Shown here piece after piece: positions 1 through 8,881 of a stretch of DNA of 24,110 bases; positions within the stretch are counted from its first letter, which is position 1, and each line of letters starts with the position of its first letter. The stretch is from Candidatus Rokuibacteriota bacterium (GTDB lineage Bacteria > Methylomirabilota > Methylomirabilia > Rokubacteriales > DASRDR01): positions 1 through 24,110 of the forward strand of contig JBIOTN010000170.1 of the NCBI GenBank assembly GCA_044866005.1, given 5' to 3'. The notes beneath the pieces were generated by a model. The model was not told the origin of the DNA and made no database searches. It worked only from the letters and a program-made list of their open reading frames with translations. A program made the position numbers and the translations under genes.

Positions 1-89
1 GCGCCGGCAAACGCCGGCGCTCGGAGCGGTTCGGGACAGGCGCCGTGCACCCCGACGGCCGGTCGCGTCATGCCACGTCCGTCTGAGAC

Positions 90-956
90 ATGAATCTCAC
101 GGGACACCTGTTCCTCGCGCTGCTCGAGGGCACGGTCTCGGGGTGCGTCTACGGGCTGACGGCGCTCGGCCTGTCGCTCACCTTCGGGGTCATGCGGATC
201 GTGAACGTGGCCCACGGCGAGTTCTTCATGCTGGGCGCGGTCGTCGCCTGGTACGTCTCGACGGCGTCGGGGAGCTTTCTGCTGGCGCTGCCGGGCGCGG
301 CGTTGGTCGTGGGCGGCTTCGCGGTCGTCGCCGACCGGCTGGTCCTCCGGCGGATCGGCTACCAGCCCGAGAGCACCATCGTCGCGACCATCGGCCTCCT
401 CTACATCCTCCAGCAGCTCGTCCTGACCGTCTACGGCCCGTACGCGCGACCGGTCGCCCCGCCGGTCTACTTCCGGGTGGACTTCCCCTGGTTCGGCTAC
501 TCGGGGTACAAGCTCGTCGTGGCCGGCGTCTCGGCGCTGCTGATCCTGGGCACGTGGCTCCTCCTGTCGCGGACGACGCTCGGCCTCTACATGCGCGCCA
601 CGCAGCAGGACCGGGAGATGGCGCAGGCCTTCGGCGTCCCCGTGGGGCGCGTCTACACGGTCGCCTTCGCCCTCGGCGCCGTCCTGGCCGCCGTGGCGGG
701 CGCCCTCATCGTCCCCGTGCAGCAGGCCCACTACCTGATGGGGCTCGACGCGCTCCTGGTCTCCTTCATGGTCGTCATCGTGGGGGGGCTCGGCAGTCTC
801 ACGGGCACGCTGGCGGCGGCGCTGCTCATCGGGCTGCTCGACGGGCTCGTGTCGGTCTTCTTCTCGCCCACGCTCGCCAAGATCGTCGCCACCGTCGCCG
901 TCGCGCTCGTCCTGGTGGTCAGGACCGGAGGCCTGTTCGGCACGGAGGGCGCGTGA
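90..956 (+). CDS. livH: Branched-chain amino acid-type ABC transporter permease (LivH family)
   Basis: 288 aa, highly hydrophobic. Has the LivH motifs 'ALGLSLTFGVMRIVNVAHGEFFMLGA', 'GLYMRAT.QD.EMA.AFG' and 'VVIVGGLGSLTG'. The TGA stop overlaps the next GTG start (GTGA). Substrate cannot be determined. Confidence 0.92.
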   Translation: MNLTGHLFLALLEGTVSGCVYGLTALGLSLTFGVMRIVNVAHGEFFMLGAVVAWYVSTASGSFLLALPGAALVVGGFAVVADRLVLRRIGYQPESTIVATIGLLYILQQLVLTVYGPYARPVAPPVYFRVDFPWFGYSGYKLVVAGVSALLILGTWLLLSRTTLGLYMRATQQDREMAQAFGVPVGRVYTVAFALGAVLAAVAGALIVPVQQAHYLMGLDALLVSFMVVIVGGLGSLTGTLAAALLIGLLDGLVSVFFSPTLAKIVATVAVALVLVVRTGGLFGTEGA

Positions 957-1915
957 TCGCCCACCGGCCGCGCGCGGCGCTCTTGCTCCACGGGGGGCTC
1001 GTCCTCCTCCTGGTCGCCGCGCAGTTCGTCCTCCCCCCGTTCCAGCAGGCCCTGCTCGCCCGCATCATGGTGCTCGCCGTCTACGCGTGCGGCTACAACG
1101 TCCTGCTGGGCTACACGGGGCTCATGAGCCTCGGCCACGCCATGTTCTTCGCCGCGGGGATGTACGGCGTGGGGCTCACGGTCGTCCACCTCGGGTTCGG
1201 CGCCGTCGCGGCGTTCACGACCGGGGTCCTGGCCGGCGTGGTCGCGTCGGCCGGCCTCGGCCTCGTCGCCCTGCGCACCACCGGGGTCGCCTTCCTCATC
1301 GTCACGATGATGTTCTCGCAGGCCTTCTACCTCGCCACGCTCTACTTCAACGAGATCACCATGGGGGACCAGGGGTTCATCCTGAGCGGGCGCCTCGACG
1401 CCGTGGAGCTGCCCGGCCTCCGCCTCGCCCTGGCGGATCCCGGCGTCAAGTACAACGTGGCGCTGGTCGTGCTCGCGGCCGCGCTCGCGCTGACCGTGTG
1501 GCTCGTCGGCTCGCCGATCGGCCGCGTGCTGGTCGCCGTGCGGGAGAACGAGGAGCGGGCGCGGCTCCTGGGCTACGACACTGGCCGCTACCGGCTCCTC
1601 TCGCTCGCGCTCTCGGGCGGGCTGTCGGCCGCGTCCGGGGCGACGTACGCGCTCCTCTTCTCCTACGTCGGCTCCACCTTCGCCTCGATCCTCTACTCGA
1701 TCTACCCGCTCCTGTGGACGCTCCTCGGCGGCACCGGCACCACGCTCGGCCCCCTGGTCGGCACGTCCGTGATGACCTACGTCGTGGACGTCGCGAGCGG
1801 CCTCACGGGGAGCTACCTCCTGGTCGTCGGCGTCATGCTCGTGGTGGTCGTCCTGTGGTTCCCGGCCGGGGTCGTGGGGGGGATCCGGACCCGCTGGGTG
1901 CGGTGGCTCCCGTGA
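953..1915 (+). CDS. livM: Branched-chain amino acid-type ABC transporter permease (LivM family)
   Basis: Coding part of the 143..1915 ORF, starting at GTG 953 (GTGA overlap with the livH stop). 320 aa with 'GYNVLLGYTGLMSLGHAMFF', 'SPIGRVLVAVRENEERARLLGY' and 'LLGGTGTTLGP'. Confidence 0.9.
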   Translation: MIAHRPRAALLLHGGLVLLLVAAQFVLPPFQQALLARIMVLAVYACGYNVLLGYTGLMSLGHAMFFAAGMYGVGLTVVHLGFGAVAAFTTGVLAGVVASAGLGLVALRTTGVAFLIVTMMFSQAFYLATLYFNEITMGDQGFILSGRLDAVELPGLRLALADPGVKYNVALVVLAAALALTVWLVGSPIGRVLVAVRENEERARLLGYDTGRYRLLSLALSGGLSAASGATYALLFSYVGSTFASILYSIYPLLWTLLGGTGTTLGPLVGTSVMTYVVDVASGLTGSYLLVVGVMLVVVVLWFPAGVVGGIRTRWVRWLP

Positions 1916-2673
1916 CGCGGCCCGGGCCGATGGCGGTCCCGCCGCTGCTCGAGACCGTCGGGCTCTCCAAGGCGTTCGCCGGCCTCGAGGCGGTGCGCGG
2001 GGTGGACTTCCGGATCGAGCGGCGGGAGATCCGCGCGATCATCGGACCGAACGGCGCCGGGAAGACCACGCTCCTCGGCATGATCGGCGGCCGCCTGCGC
2101 CCCACCGCGGGACGCATCCTCTTCGAGGGGCGGGACGTGACGCGCCTCCGGGCCTGGGAGCGGGTCTCGCTCGGGATCGTCTACACCTTTCAGGTCACGA
2201 GCGTCTTCCGCAACCTGACCGTGTTCGACAACGTCGCGCTCGCGGTCCAGCGCCGGCTGACGCGGCGGCTGCTGCCGCGCCTGGCCCTCTCGCGGCGCCG
2301 GCTGGCCGTCGAGGTCGAGCGCGCGCTCGCGACGGTGGGACTCTCCGCCGTGAGCGGGGAGCCGGCGGGCGCCCTCCCGTACGGCCACCAGCGCCTTCTG
2401 GAGCTGGCGATGGCGCTCGCGCTCGGGCCCGAGCTCCTGGCGCTCGACGAGCCCACCCAGGGGCTCGCCCCCGACGAGGTCACCGCCCTCTGCCGGCTCA
2501 TCCGCGAGATCTCGAAGACCGTGACGGTCCTCCTGATCGAGCACAACATGGCGGTGGTGCTCGAGCTCTCGGACCGCGTCACGGTGATGGACAAAGGCCG
2601 CATCATCGCCGAGGGGACGCCGGGCGACGTCGAGCGCGACCCCGGCGTCCAGCGCTCGTATCTGGGGTCCTGA
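1912..2673 (+). CDS. livG: ABC transporter ATP-binding protein (LivG family)
   Basis: C-terminal part of the 1087..2673 ORF. Start is GTG 1912 (GTGA overlap) or ATG 1930. Walker A 'GPNGAGKTT', signature 'LPYGHQR', Walker B 'LALDEP', H-loop 'IEHNM'. Confidence 0.9.
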   Translation: MTRPGPMAVPPLLETVGLSKAFAGLEAVRGVDFRIERREIRAIIGPNGAGKTTLLGMIGGRLRPTAGRILFEGRDVTRLRAWERVSLGIVYTFQVTSVFRNLTVFDNVALAVQRRLTRRLLPRLALSRRRLAVEVERALATVGLSAVSGEPAGALPYGHQRLLELAMALALGPELLALDEPTQGLAPDEVTALCRLIREISKTVTVLLIEHNMAVVLELSDRVTVMDKGRIIAEGTPGDVERDPGVQRSYLGS

Positions 2674-3374
2674 TGCTCACCGTGGAGCGGATCGCTTGCT
2701 ACTACGGAGACGTCCACGTCCTCCGGGACGTCTCGCTCCACGTGGCGCCCGGGGAGGTCCTCGGCCTGCTCGGCCGGAACGGCGCCGGGAAGACGACCAC
2801 GCTCCGCGCCATCATGGGCCTCGTCCGGCCACGCTCGGGCAGCATCCGGCTCGACGACACCGAGCTCACGCGCCTGGCGCCCCACGCCATCCCGCGGCGG
2901 GGGATCGCGTACGTGCCGCAGGGCCGGCGGCTCTTCCCCTTCCTGACCGTCGAGGAGAACCTGAGGATCGGCCTCCTGGTGAGGCCGGACGGCGGGGAGC
3001 GGCTGGCCTCGGCGCTCGAGCTCTTCCCCGACCTCCGGGCGCGGCTCGGCCAGCGCGCCGGGACCCTGTCCGGCGGCGAGCAGCAGATGCTGGCCACGGC
3101 CCGCGCCCTCTGCGCGGGGCCGCGCATGCTCCTGATGGACGAGCCGACCGAGGGCCTCATGCCGAGCCTCGTCGCGCGGCTCTCCGAGACGATCCGGGCG
3201 CTCCAGGCGCGCGGGGTCGGCGTCCTCCTGGTCGAGCAGAAGATCGACGCGGCGCTCCGGGTCGCGGACCGCGTGCTGCTGATGGAGACCGGGCGCATCG
3301 TGTACGAGGCGAGTGCCGCGGCGCTCCGCTCGAACCCCGAGCCGCTCTTGAGGTATGTTGGTGTGCGGCGCTGA
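2673..3374 (+). CDS. livF: ABC transporter ATP-binding protein (LivF family)
   Basis: 233 aa. 'GRNGAGKTT', 'LSGGEQQML', 'LLMDEPTEGL', 'LLVEQ'. TGATG overlap with the livG stop. Confidence 0.92.
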   Translation: MLTVERIACYYGDVHVLRDVSLHVAPGEVLGLLGRNGAGKTTTLRAIMGLVRPRSGSIRLDDTELTRLAPHAIPRRGIAYVPQGRRLFPFLTVEENLRIGLLVRPDGGERLASALELFPDLRARLGQRAGTLSGGEQQMLATARALCAGPRMLLMDEPTEGLMPSLVARLSETIRALQARGVGVLLVEQKIDAALRVADRVLLMETGRIVYEASAAALRSNPEPLLRYVGVRR

Positions 3375-3386
3375 GACGGCGGGACG

Positions 3387-4289
3387 ATGAGCGGGTACCG
3401 GGTGGCGCGATCGCTCGAGGACGTGGAGAAGGCGGTCGCCTGCGCGGCGGATGATCTCGTGGTCTTCGCCGGCGGGACGGACCTCATGGTCCGGGCCCGG
3501 CGCCGGGTCGCGGCCGCCGCCGTCCTCGACGTGGCCGCGGTGCCGGAGCTCCGCCGCGTGGCGCTCACGGCGGGCACGCTCGTCCTCGGGGCCGGCGTCA
3601 CCTACACGGACTGCCTGACGGCCCCCCTCATCCGCGACGCCTGTCCGCTCCTGGTCCGCGTCGCCGAGCGCTTCGCCTCGCCCCAGATCCGGAACGTCGC
3701 GACGCTCGGGGGGAACGTCGCGAACGCCTCGCCGGCCGGCGACGGCGTGGCCGCGCTCTTCGCGCTCGACGCGCGGGTGGACGCCTTGACGCGCGAGGGG
3801 CCGGTGTCGCGGCCGATCGCCGAGGTCGTCCTGGGCCCGGGCCGCCTCGGCCTGCCGGCGGGGAGCGTCCTGACCGCGTTCCGCGTCGCCCCCCAGCCGG
3901 CCGGGGAAGGGAGCGCCTTCTACAAGCTCGTCAACCGGGCGTGGCCCGAGCACCCGATGGCGATCTCCGTCGTGAGCGTCGCGGCACGCCTCCGCCTCGA
4001 CACCGATGGCCGGGTCGCGCTCGCCCGCCTCGTCCTGGGCGCGGTCGCGCCGACCCCCGTGCGCGCGGCGGCGGCCGAGGCGGTCCTGACGGGCCGCGTC
4101 CCGACGCCGACCCTCGTGGCCGAGGCCGCGCGGGCGGCCGGGGGGGCGGCCCGCCCGATCGGGGACCTCCGCGCCTCCGCCGACTACCGCCAGGACGTGC
4201 TGCCGGCCGTCGCCGCGGCGGCGCTCCACGCGGCGCTCGCCGCCGCGCAGCCGGCGGCGGCGCGGCCGCACGGCTGCCTCGATGGCTGA
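3387..4289 (+). CDS. Molybdenum hydroxylase FAD-binding subunit (XdhB/CoxM/NdhF family)
   Basis: 300 aa. FAD motifs 'FAGGTDLMV' and 'ASPQIRNVATLGGNVANASPAGD', plus 'GAVAPTP' and 'PIGDLRASADYR'. Confidence 0.93.
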   Translation: MSGYRVARSLEDVEKAVACAADDLVVFAGGTDLMVRARRRVAAAAVLDVAAVPELRRVALTAGTLVLGAGVTYTDCLTAPLIRDACPLLVRVAERFASPQIRNVATLGGNVANASPAGDGVAALFALDARVDALTREGPVSRPIAEVVLGPGRLGLPAGSVLTAFRVAPQPAGEGSAFYKLVNRAWPEHPMAISVVSVAARLRLDTDGRVALARLVLGAVAPTPVRAAAAEAVLTGRVPTPTLVAEAARAAGGAARPIGDLRASADYRQDVLPAVAAAALHAALAAAQPAAARPHGCLDG

Positions 4290-7017
4290 GATCTGTCTCA
4301 CCGTGAACGGGGCGGAGGTCTGCGTCCCGCTCCGTCCCGGCGTGAGCCTGCTCGACGTTCTCCGCGAGGACCTCGGCCTGACCGGCACCAAGGCGGGGTG
4401 CCTGGAGGGGGAATGCGGCGCGTGCACGGTGAGGCTCGATGGCCGCCTGGTCGACGCCTGCCTCGTTCCCGCGGCGAAAGCCGACGGGGCGGCGGTCACG
4501 ACGATCGAAGGCCTGGCCGCCCCCCACGGCGACCTCCACCCGGTCCAGGAGGCCTTCGTCCAGGCCGGCGCGGTCCAGTGCGGCATCTGCATCCCCGGCA
4601 TGGTGATGGCGGCGGCGGCGCTCCTCGAGCAGAACCCGGCACCCACCCGCGCCGAGGCGCAGGACTGGCTCAGCGGGAACCTCTGCCGCTGTACGGGCTA
4701 CGCCAAGATCCTGGACGCCGTGGATCTCGCCGCGCAGTTCATCCGCGAGGGGCGACGCCCGCCGCGCGACGCGGGCGCGATGGGCCACTCCGCCGCCCGC
4801 GTGGACGCCGAGGCGAAGGTCCGCGGCACGGCGCTCTACGGCGACGACTACCAGCCCCCCGGCTGCCTCCACCTCCAGATCGTCCGCAGCCCCCACGCGT
4901 ACGCCGAGCTGGTCGGGATCGACCCGGCGCCGGCGCTCGTCCTGCCCGGCGTGGTGGGCGTTCTCACGGCGCGGGACGTCCCGGGCCGGAACGCCTACGG
5001 CATCCTGGTCGAGGACCAGCCGGTCTTCTGCGACACGGTCGTCCGCTACGCGGGCGATGCCGTCGCGGCCGTCGTGGCGGAGAGCCGGGCGGCCGCCGAG
5101 GCGGGGGCCGCGGCCGTCCGCGTCGACTACCGGCCGCTCGACCCGCTCCTCTCCGCCGAGGCCGCCGGCCGGCCCGACGCGCCGCGGCTTCACGACGGGG
5201 GGAACCTGCTCGCCCGGCCCGCGGTGCGGCGAGGCGATGCGGCGAGCGCCCTGGCCGAGGCGCCGGTCGTCGTCGGTGGCACCTGGCAGACCCAGTGGAT
5301 CGAGCACGCCTACATCGAGCCCGAGGCGGGGCTCGCCTACCGGGAGGCCGATGGGACGCTCACCCTCGTCGTCTCGACCCAGACGCCCTACATGGACCGG
5401 GACGCCACCGCCAGGGTCCTCGGCCTCCCGCCCGAGCGGGTGCGCGTGATCCAGGCGGTGACCGGCGGCGGCTTCGGAGGGAAGCTCGACCTGTCGGTCC
5501 AGCCCTACCTGGCGCTCGCCGCCGAGAAGTTCGGCCGCCCCGTCAAGTGCGCCTTCAGCCGCGAGGAGTCCGTGCTCGCGACCGTCAAGCGCCACCCCTA
5601 CCGCGTCGACTTCCGCCTGGGGGCCGACCGCGGGGGACGCGTCACCGCGGTCGAGGCCGAGATCACCGGCGACACGGGGAGCTACGCCTCATGGGGGCCG
5701 ACCGTCATCGCGCGCGCGTGTATCCACGCCACCGGTCCCTACGTCGTCCCGCACGTCCGGGCCCGCGGCGCCCTCTGGTACACGAACCACCCGCCGGCCG
5801 GCGCCATGCGCGGCTTCTCGACGCCGCAGGTCGCCGTCGCCACCGAGGGCGCGGTGGACCTCCTCGCCCTCGAGCTGGGCCTGGATCCGATCGAGCTGCG
5901 CCTCCGGAACGCCCACCGTCCCGGCACCGTGACGGCGACCGGGCAGAGGCTCGAGGCGGGCGTCGGGCTCGTCGAGACGCTCGAGGCCGTGCGCGACTGG
6001 CGGCGGGAGGCGGCGCGCCACGCCCCCGTGCCCGCGGCCGACGGCCCGTGGGTCCTCGGCGAGGGCGTGGCCTCGATGTGGTACGGCATCGGGAACACCG
6101 CGCTCTCCAACCCCGCCGAGGTGCGACTCACGCTCGAGCCGGACGGCCGGGTCCATCTCTACACCTCTGCCGCGGACATCGGCCAGGGCTCCTCCACCAT
6201 CCTCTGCCAGCTCCTGGCGGAAGCGCTCGGCTCGGACCTCGACGCCGTGCGGCTCACCACGGCCGACACCGGTCTCACGCCCGAGTCGGGGAAGACCTCG
6301 GCGAGCCGCGTCGCGTTCATCGTGGGGAACGCGGTCCGGGACGCGGCGCAGGCGCTCGTCAAGGCCGTCGCGGGCGAGGGCGCGGGCCTCCTCGGGGTGG
6401 CGCCCGACCGCGTGCGCGTGCGCGCGGGCCGGGTCGAGCGGCGGGACGGCCGCGGCGCGATCGGCCTCGCGGAGGTCGCCCGCGCGCTGCGGGAGCGGGA
6501 CGGGCAGTGCGCGTTCCGCGGCTACTTCGACCCGCAGACGACGCCGCTCGACGCCGACGGCCAGGGCGTGCCGTACCAGAGCTACGCCTTCGCCACCCAG
6601 CTCGCCCAGGTCTACGTCAACCACGAGACCGGCGAGGTCCGCGTCCAGCGCGTGGTCGCCGCGCACGACCTCGGCCGGGCCATCAACCCGCAGGCCGCGG
6701 AAGGCCAGATCGAGGGCGGCGTCGTCATGGGGCTCGGCTTCGCGCTGACCGAAGAGTACGTGCCGGGCCGCACGCTCAACTTCTCGACGTACCTCATCCC
6801 CACCGCGCTGGAGATGCCCGAGATCGTGCCGATCCTGGTCGAGCCCGGCGACCCCGCCGGGCCGTTCGGCGCGAAGGGCGTCGGCGAGCCGGCGATGATC
6901 GCGACCGCGCCGGCCGTCCTGAACGCGATCTCGCGCGCCATCGGCGTGCGGGTCTGGCAGCTCCCGGCGACACCCGAGCGCGTGTTCCGGGCGATCCGGG
7001 GAAAGGGTTCCCCATGA
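4282..7017 (+). CDS. Molybdenum hydroxylase, fused [2Fe-2S] and molybdopterin-binding subunit (xanthine/nicotinate dehydrogenase family)
   Basis: 911 aa. N-terminal Fe-S domains 'GTKAGCLEGECGACTV...AC', 'QCGICIPG' and 'GNLCRCTGY'. Moco motifs 'GGGFGGK', 'GAMRGFSTPQ', 'IGQGS' and 'GQIEGG'. Catalytic Glu in 'AKGVGEP'. The nicotinate assignment rests on the adjacent enamidase. Confidence 0.9.
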   Translation: MAEICLTVNGAEVCVPLRPGVSLLDVLREDLGLTGTKAGCLEGECGACTVRLDGRLVDACLVPAAKADGAAVTTIEGLAAPHGDLHPVQEAFVQAGAVQCGICIPGMVMAAAALLEQNPAPTRAEAQDWLSGNLCRCTGYAKILDAVDLAAQFIREGRRPPRDAGAMGHSAARVDAEAKVRGTALYGDDYQPPGCLHLQIVRSPHAYAELVGIDPAPALVLPGVVGVLTARDVPGRNAYGILVEDQPVFCDTVVRYAGDAVAAVVAESRAAAEAGAAAVRVDYRPLDPLLSAEAAGRPDAPRLHDGGNLLARPAVRRGDAASALAEAPVVVGGTWQTQWIEHAYIEPEAGLAYREADGTLTLVVSTQTPYMDRDATARVLGLPPERVRVIQAVTGGGFGGKLDLSVQPYLALAAEKFGRPVKCAFSREESVLATVKRHPYRVDFRLGADRGGRVTAVEAEITGDTGSYASWGPTVIARACIHATGPYVVPHVRARGALWYTNHPPAGAMRGFSTPQVAVATEGAVDLLALELGLDPIELRLRNAHRPGTVTATGQRLEAGVGLVETLEAVRDWRREAARHAPVPAADGPWVLGEGVASMWYGIGNTALSNPAEVRLTLEPDGRVHLYTSAADIGQGSSTILCQLLAEALGSDLDAVRLTTADTGLTPESGKTSASRVAFIVGNAVRDAAQALVKAVAGEGAGLLGVAPDRVRVRAGRVERRDGRGAIGLAEVARALRERDGQCAFRGYFDPQTTPLDADGQGVPYQSYAFATQLAQVYVNHETGEVRVQRVVAAHDLGRAINPQAAEGQIEGGVVMGLGFALTEEYVPGRTLNFSTYLIPTALEMPEIVPILVEPGDPAGPFGAKGVGEPAMIATAPAVLNAISRAIGVRVWQLPATPERVFRAIRGKGSP

Positions 7018-8198
7018 AGACGGTGATCCGCGGGATCGGGCAGATCGTCTCGGGCGACATCGCCGCGCCGCTGCTGGAGGGGGACACGATCGTCTGCGTG
7101 GACGGCAAGATCGCCCAGGTCGGCCGCGAGGCCGCCGTGGACGCGGGCGACGCGGCCACCGTGATCGACGCCCGGGGCACGACGGTGGCGCCGGGGTTGA
7201 TCGACTCGCACGTGCACCCCGTCTTCGGCGACTTCACGCCGCGGCAGCGAACCGTGGACTTCCTCGACTCCGAGGTGCAGGGCGGCGTCACCACGATGAT
7301 CTCGGCGGGGGAGGTGCATCTCCCCGGCCGGCCGAAGGACATCGTGGGCCTCAAGGCGCTCGCGATCGTGGCGGCGAAGGCCTACCAGGCGTTCCGCCCG
7401 AACGGCGCGAAGGTCCACGCCGGGGCGCCGATCCTCGAGATGGGGATGACCGAGGACGACTTCGCGGAGATGGCGCGGGCCGGCGTCAAGCTCGTCGGCG
7501 AGATCGGGCTCGGGTCGGTGCGCACGGGCCGCGACGCGGCGCCGATGGTCAAGTGGGCCCGGCGCCACGGGATGACGGTGACGATCCACACGGGCGGGCC
7601 CTCGCTCGCCGGCTCGAGCCCGATCAACGCGGAGACGGTGCTGGAGGCGGACCCCCACGTCGTCGGCCACATCAACGGCGGCACGACGTCGATGAACGTG
7701 CGCGAGATCGACATGCTGGTCGGCGGGACGCGCATGGCGCTCGAGATCGTCCACTGCGGGAACCCGCGCACGGCGCTCCACGCGCTGCGCGTGGCCGGCG
7801 AGGCGCGCGCCTGGGAGCGCGTCATCCTCGGCAACGACGCGCCGTCGGGGACGGGCGTGGTCCCGCTCGGCATCCTGAGGACCCTCGCGTTGCTCGCGAG
7901 CCTGGGCGAGTGCCCCCCGGAGGTGGCGCTGGCCATGGCGACCGGCAACACGGCGCGGGTCTACGGGCTGCCGGTCGGGGTGATCGCCCCGGGGCGCGAG
8001 GCGGACCTGGTGATCGTGGACGCGCCGGTCGGGTCGGTCGGGAAGACGGCGCTCGAGGCCCTGCGCGCCGGCGACCTGCCCGGGATCTCCATGGTCGTGA
8101 TCGACGGCCTGCCGCGCGTGGGCCGGAGCCGGAACACGGCGCCCGCGGCCCGCGCGGCGGAGGTGACCCGCGGCTCCGCGCCGGGCGCGGGTCATTAG
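7014..8198 (+). CDS. ena: Enamidase-like amidohydrolase
   Basis: Coding part of the 4398..8198 ORF from ATG 7014 (ATGA overlap), 394 aa. Metal motif 'PGLIDSHVH'. The segments 'IGQIVSGDI', 'PRQRTVDF', 'HLPGRPKD', 'HINGG', 'GNDAPSGTGVVPLGILR' and 'SRNT' closely match Eubacterium barkeri enamidase as I recall it; no alignment was run. Confidence 0.85.
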   Translation: MKTVIRGIGQIVSGDIAAPLLEGDTIVCVDGKIAQVGREAAVDAGDAATVIDARGTTVAPGLIDSHVHPVFGDFTPRQRTVDFLDSEVQGGVTTMISAGEVHLPGRPKDIVGLKALAIVAAKAYQAFRPNGAKVHAGAPILEMGMTEDDFAEMARAGVKLVGEIGLGSVRTGRDAAPMVKWARRHGMTVTIHTGGPSLAGSSPINAETVLEADPHVVGHINGGTTSMNVREIDMLVGGTRMALEIVHCGNPRTALHALRVAGEARAWERVILGNDAPSGTGVVPLGILRTLALLASLGECPPEVALAMATGNTARVYGLPVGVIAPGREADLVIVDAPVGSVGKTALEALRAGDLPGISMVVIDGLPRVGRSRNTAPAARAAEVTRGSAPGAGH

Positions 8199-8209
8199 CG
8201 GAGGTGGCG

Positions 8210-8779
8210 ATGAAGATCCGGAAGCTCGTGACGATCGTGGAGGAGATCCGCGCGGACGGCGCCCGCGAGGCGGCGCGCCCGGTGCGGAAGGCGGCGGCCG
8301 TCGCGGTGATCGAGAACCCGTTCGCCGGCCGGTACGCCGAGGACCTCGCCCCGCTGGTCACGGTCGGGGAGGAGCTGGGCGCGCTCCTCGGCAAGATGGC
8401 CGTCGAGGCGCTGGGTGGGGCCGCGGAGAGCTACGGCAAGGCCGCGATCGTGGGGCTCGACGGCGAGTCCGAGCACGCGGCGGCGATCCTCCACCCCACG
8501 CTCGGCACCCCGTTCCGCGCGGCGGTGGGCGGCGGCAAGGCCATCATCCCATCGGCCAAGAAGCTCGGCCCCGCGGGGACGGCCATCGACGTCCCGCTCC
8601 ACTACAAGGACGCGGCGTTCGTCCGGAGCCACTTCGATGCCATGGAGGTGCGCGTGCCCGACGCGCCGAAGCCCGGCGAGATCGTGGTGGCGCTCGTCGT
8701 GACCGACGGCGGCCGCCCGCACGCGCGCGTGGGCGGCCTCGCCCGGAGCGAGGCCAAGGGCGAGGACGGCCTCCGCTGA
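8210..8779 (+). CDS. 'Amino acid synthesis' family protein (DUF1185/PF06684)
   Basis: Coding part of the 7553..8779 ORF from ATG 8210, with SD-like GGAGGT upstream. 189 aa with 'AAAVAVIENPFAGRY.EDL', 'ESYGKAAIVG..GE.EHAAA' and 'RSHFDAMEVRVPDAP'. Confidence 0.85.
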   Translation: MKIRKLVTIVEEIRADGAREAARPVRKAAAVAVIENPFAGRYAEDLAPLVTVGEELGALLGKMAVEALGGAAESYGKAAIVGLDGESEHAAAILHPTLGTPFRAAVGGGKAIIPSAKKLGPAGTAIDVPLHYKDAAFVRSHFDAMEVRVPDAPKPGEIVVALVVTDGGRPHARVGGLARSEAKGEDGLR

Positions 8780-8796
8780 GTGTGCGCTGCCGGCGA

Positions 8797-8825
8797 TTGA
8801 CCGGCCTCGCGGCCTCGGCTAGAGT
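8797..8825 (+). promoter_or_regulatory. Putative sigma70-type promoter for the OMP / CoA-transferase / LLM unit
   Basis: TTGACC (8797-8802), 17 nt spacer, TAGAGT (8820-8825), located in the intergenic gap. Confidence 0.65.
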
Positions 8826-8881
8826 GGCGCTCGTCGATCGGCCGCCCCCCCCGAACCGCGCGTCGCGTGAGGGATGACCCC

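Noticed and set aside
143..8209. Long N-terminal extensions and apparent fusions (143..1915, 1087..2673, 4398..8198, 7553..8779)
   Set aside because: The extensions are Arg/Pro/Gly-rich off-frame readings of the upstream genes, caused by the scarcity of stop codons at high GC. The real starts are at 953, 1912, 7014 and 8210.
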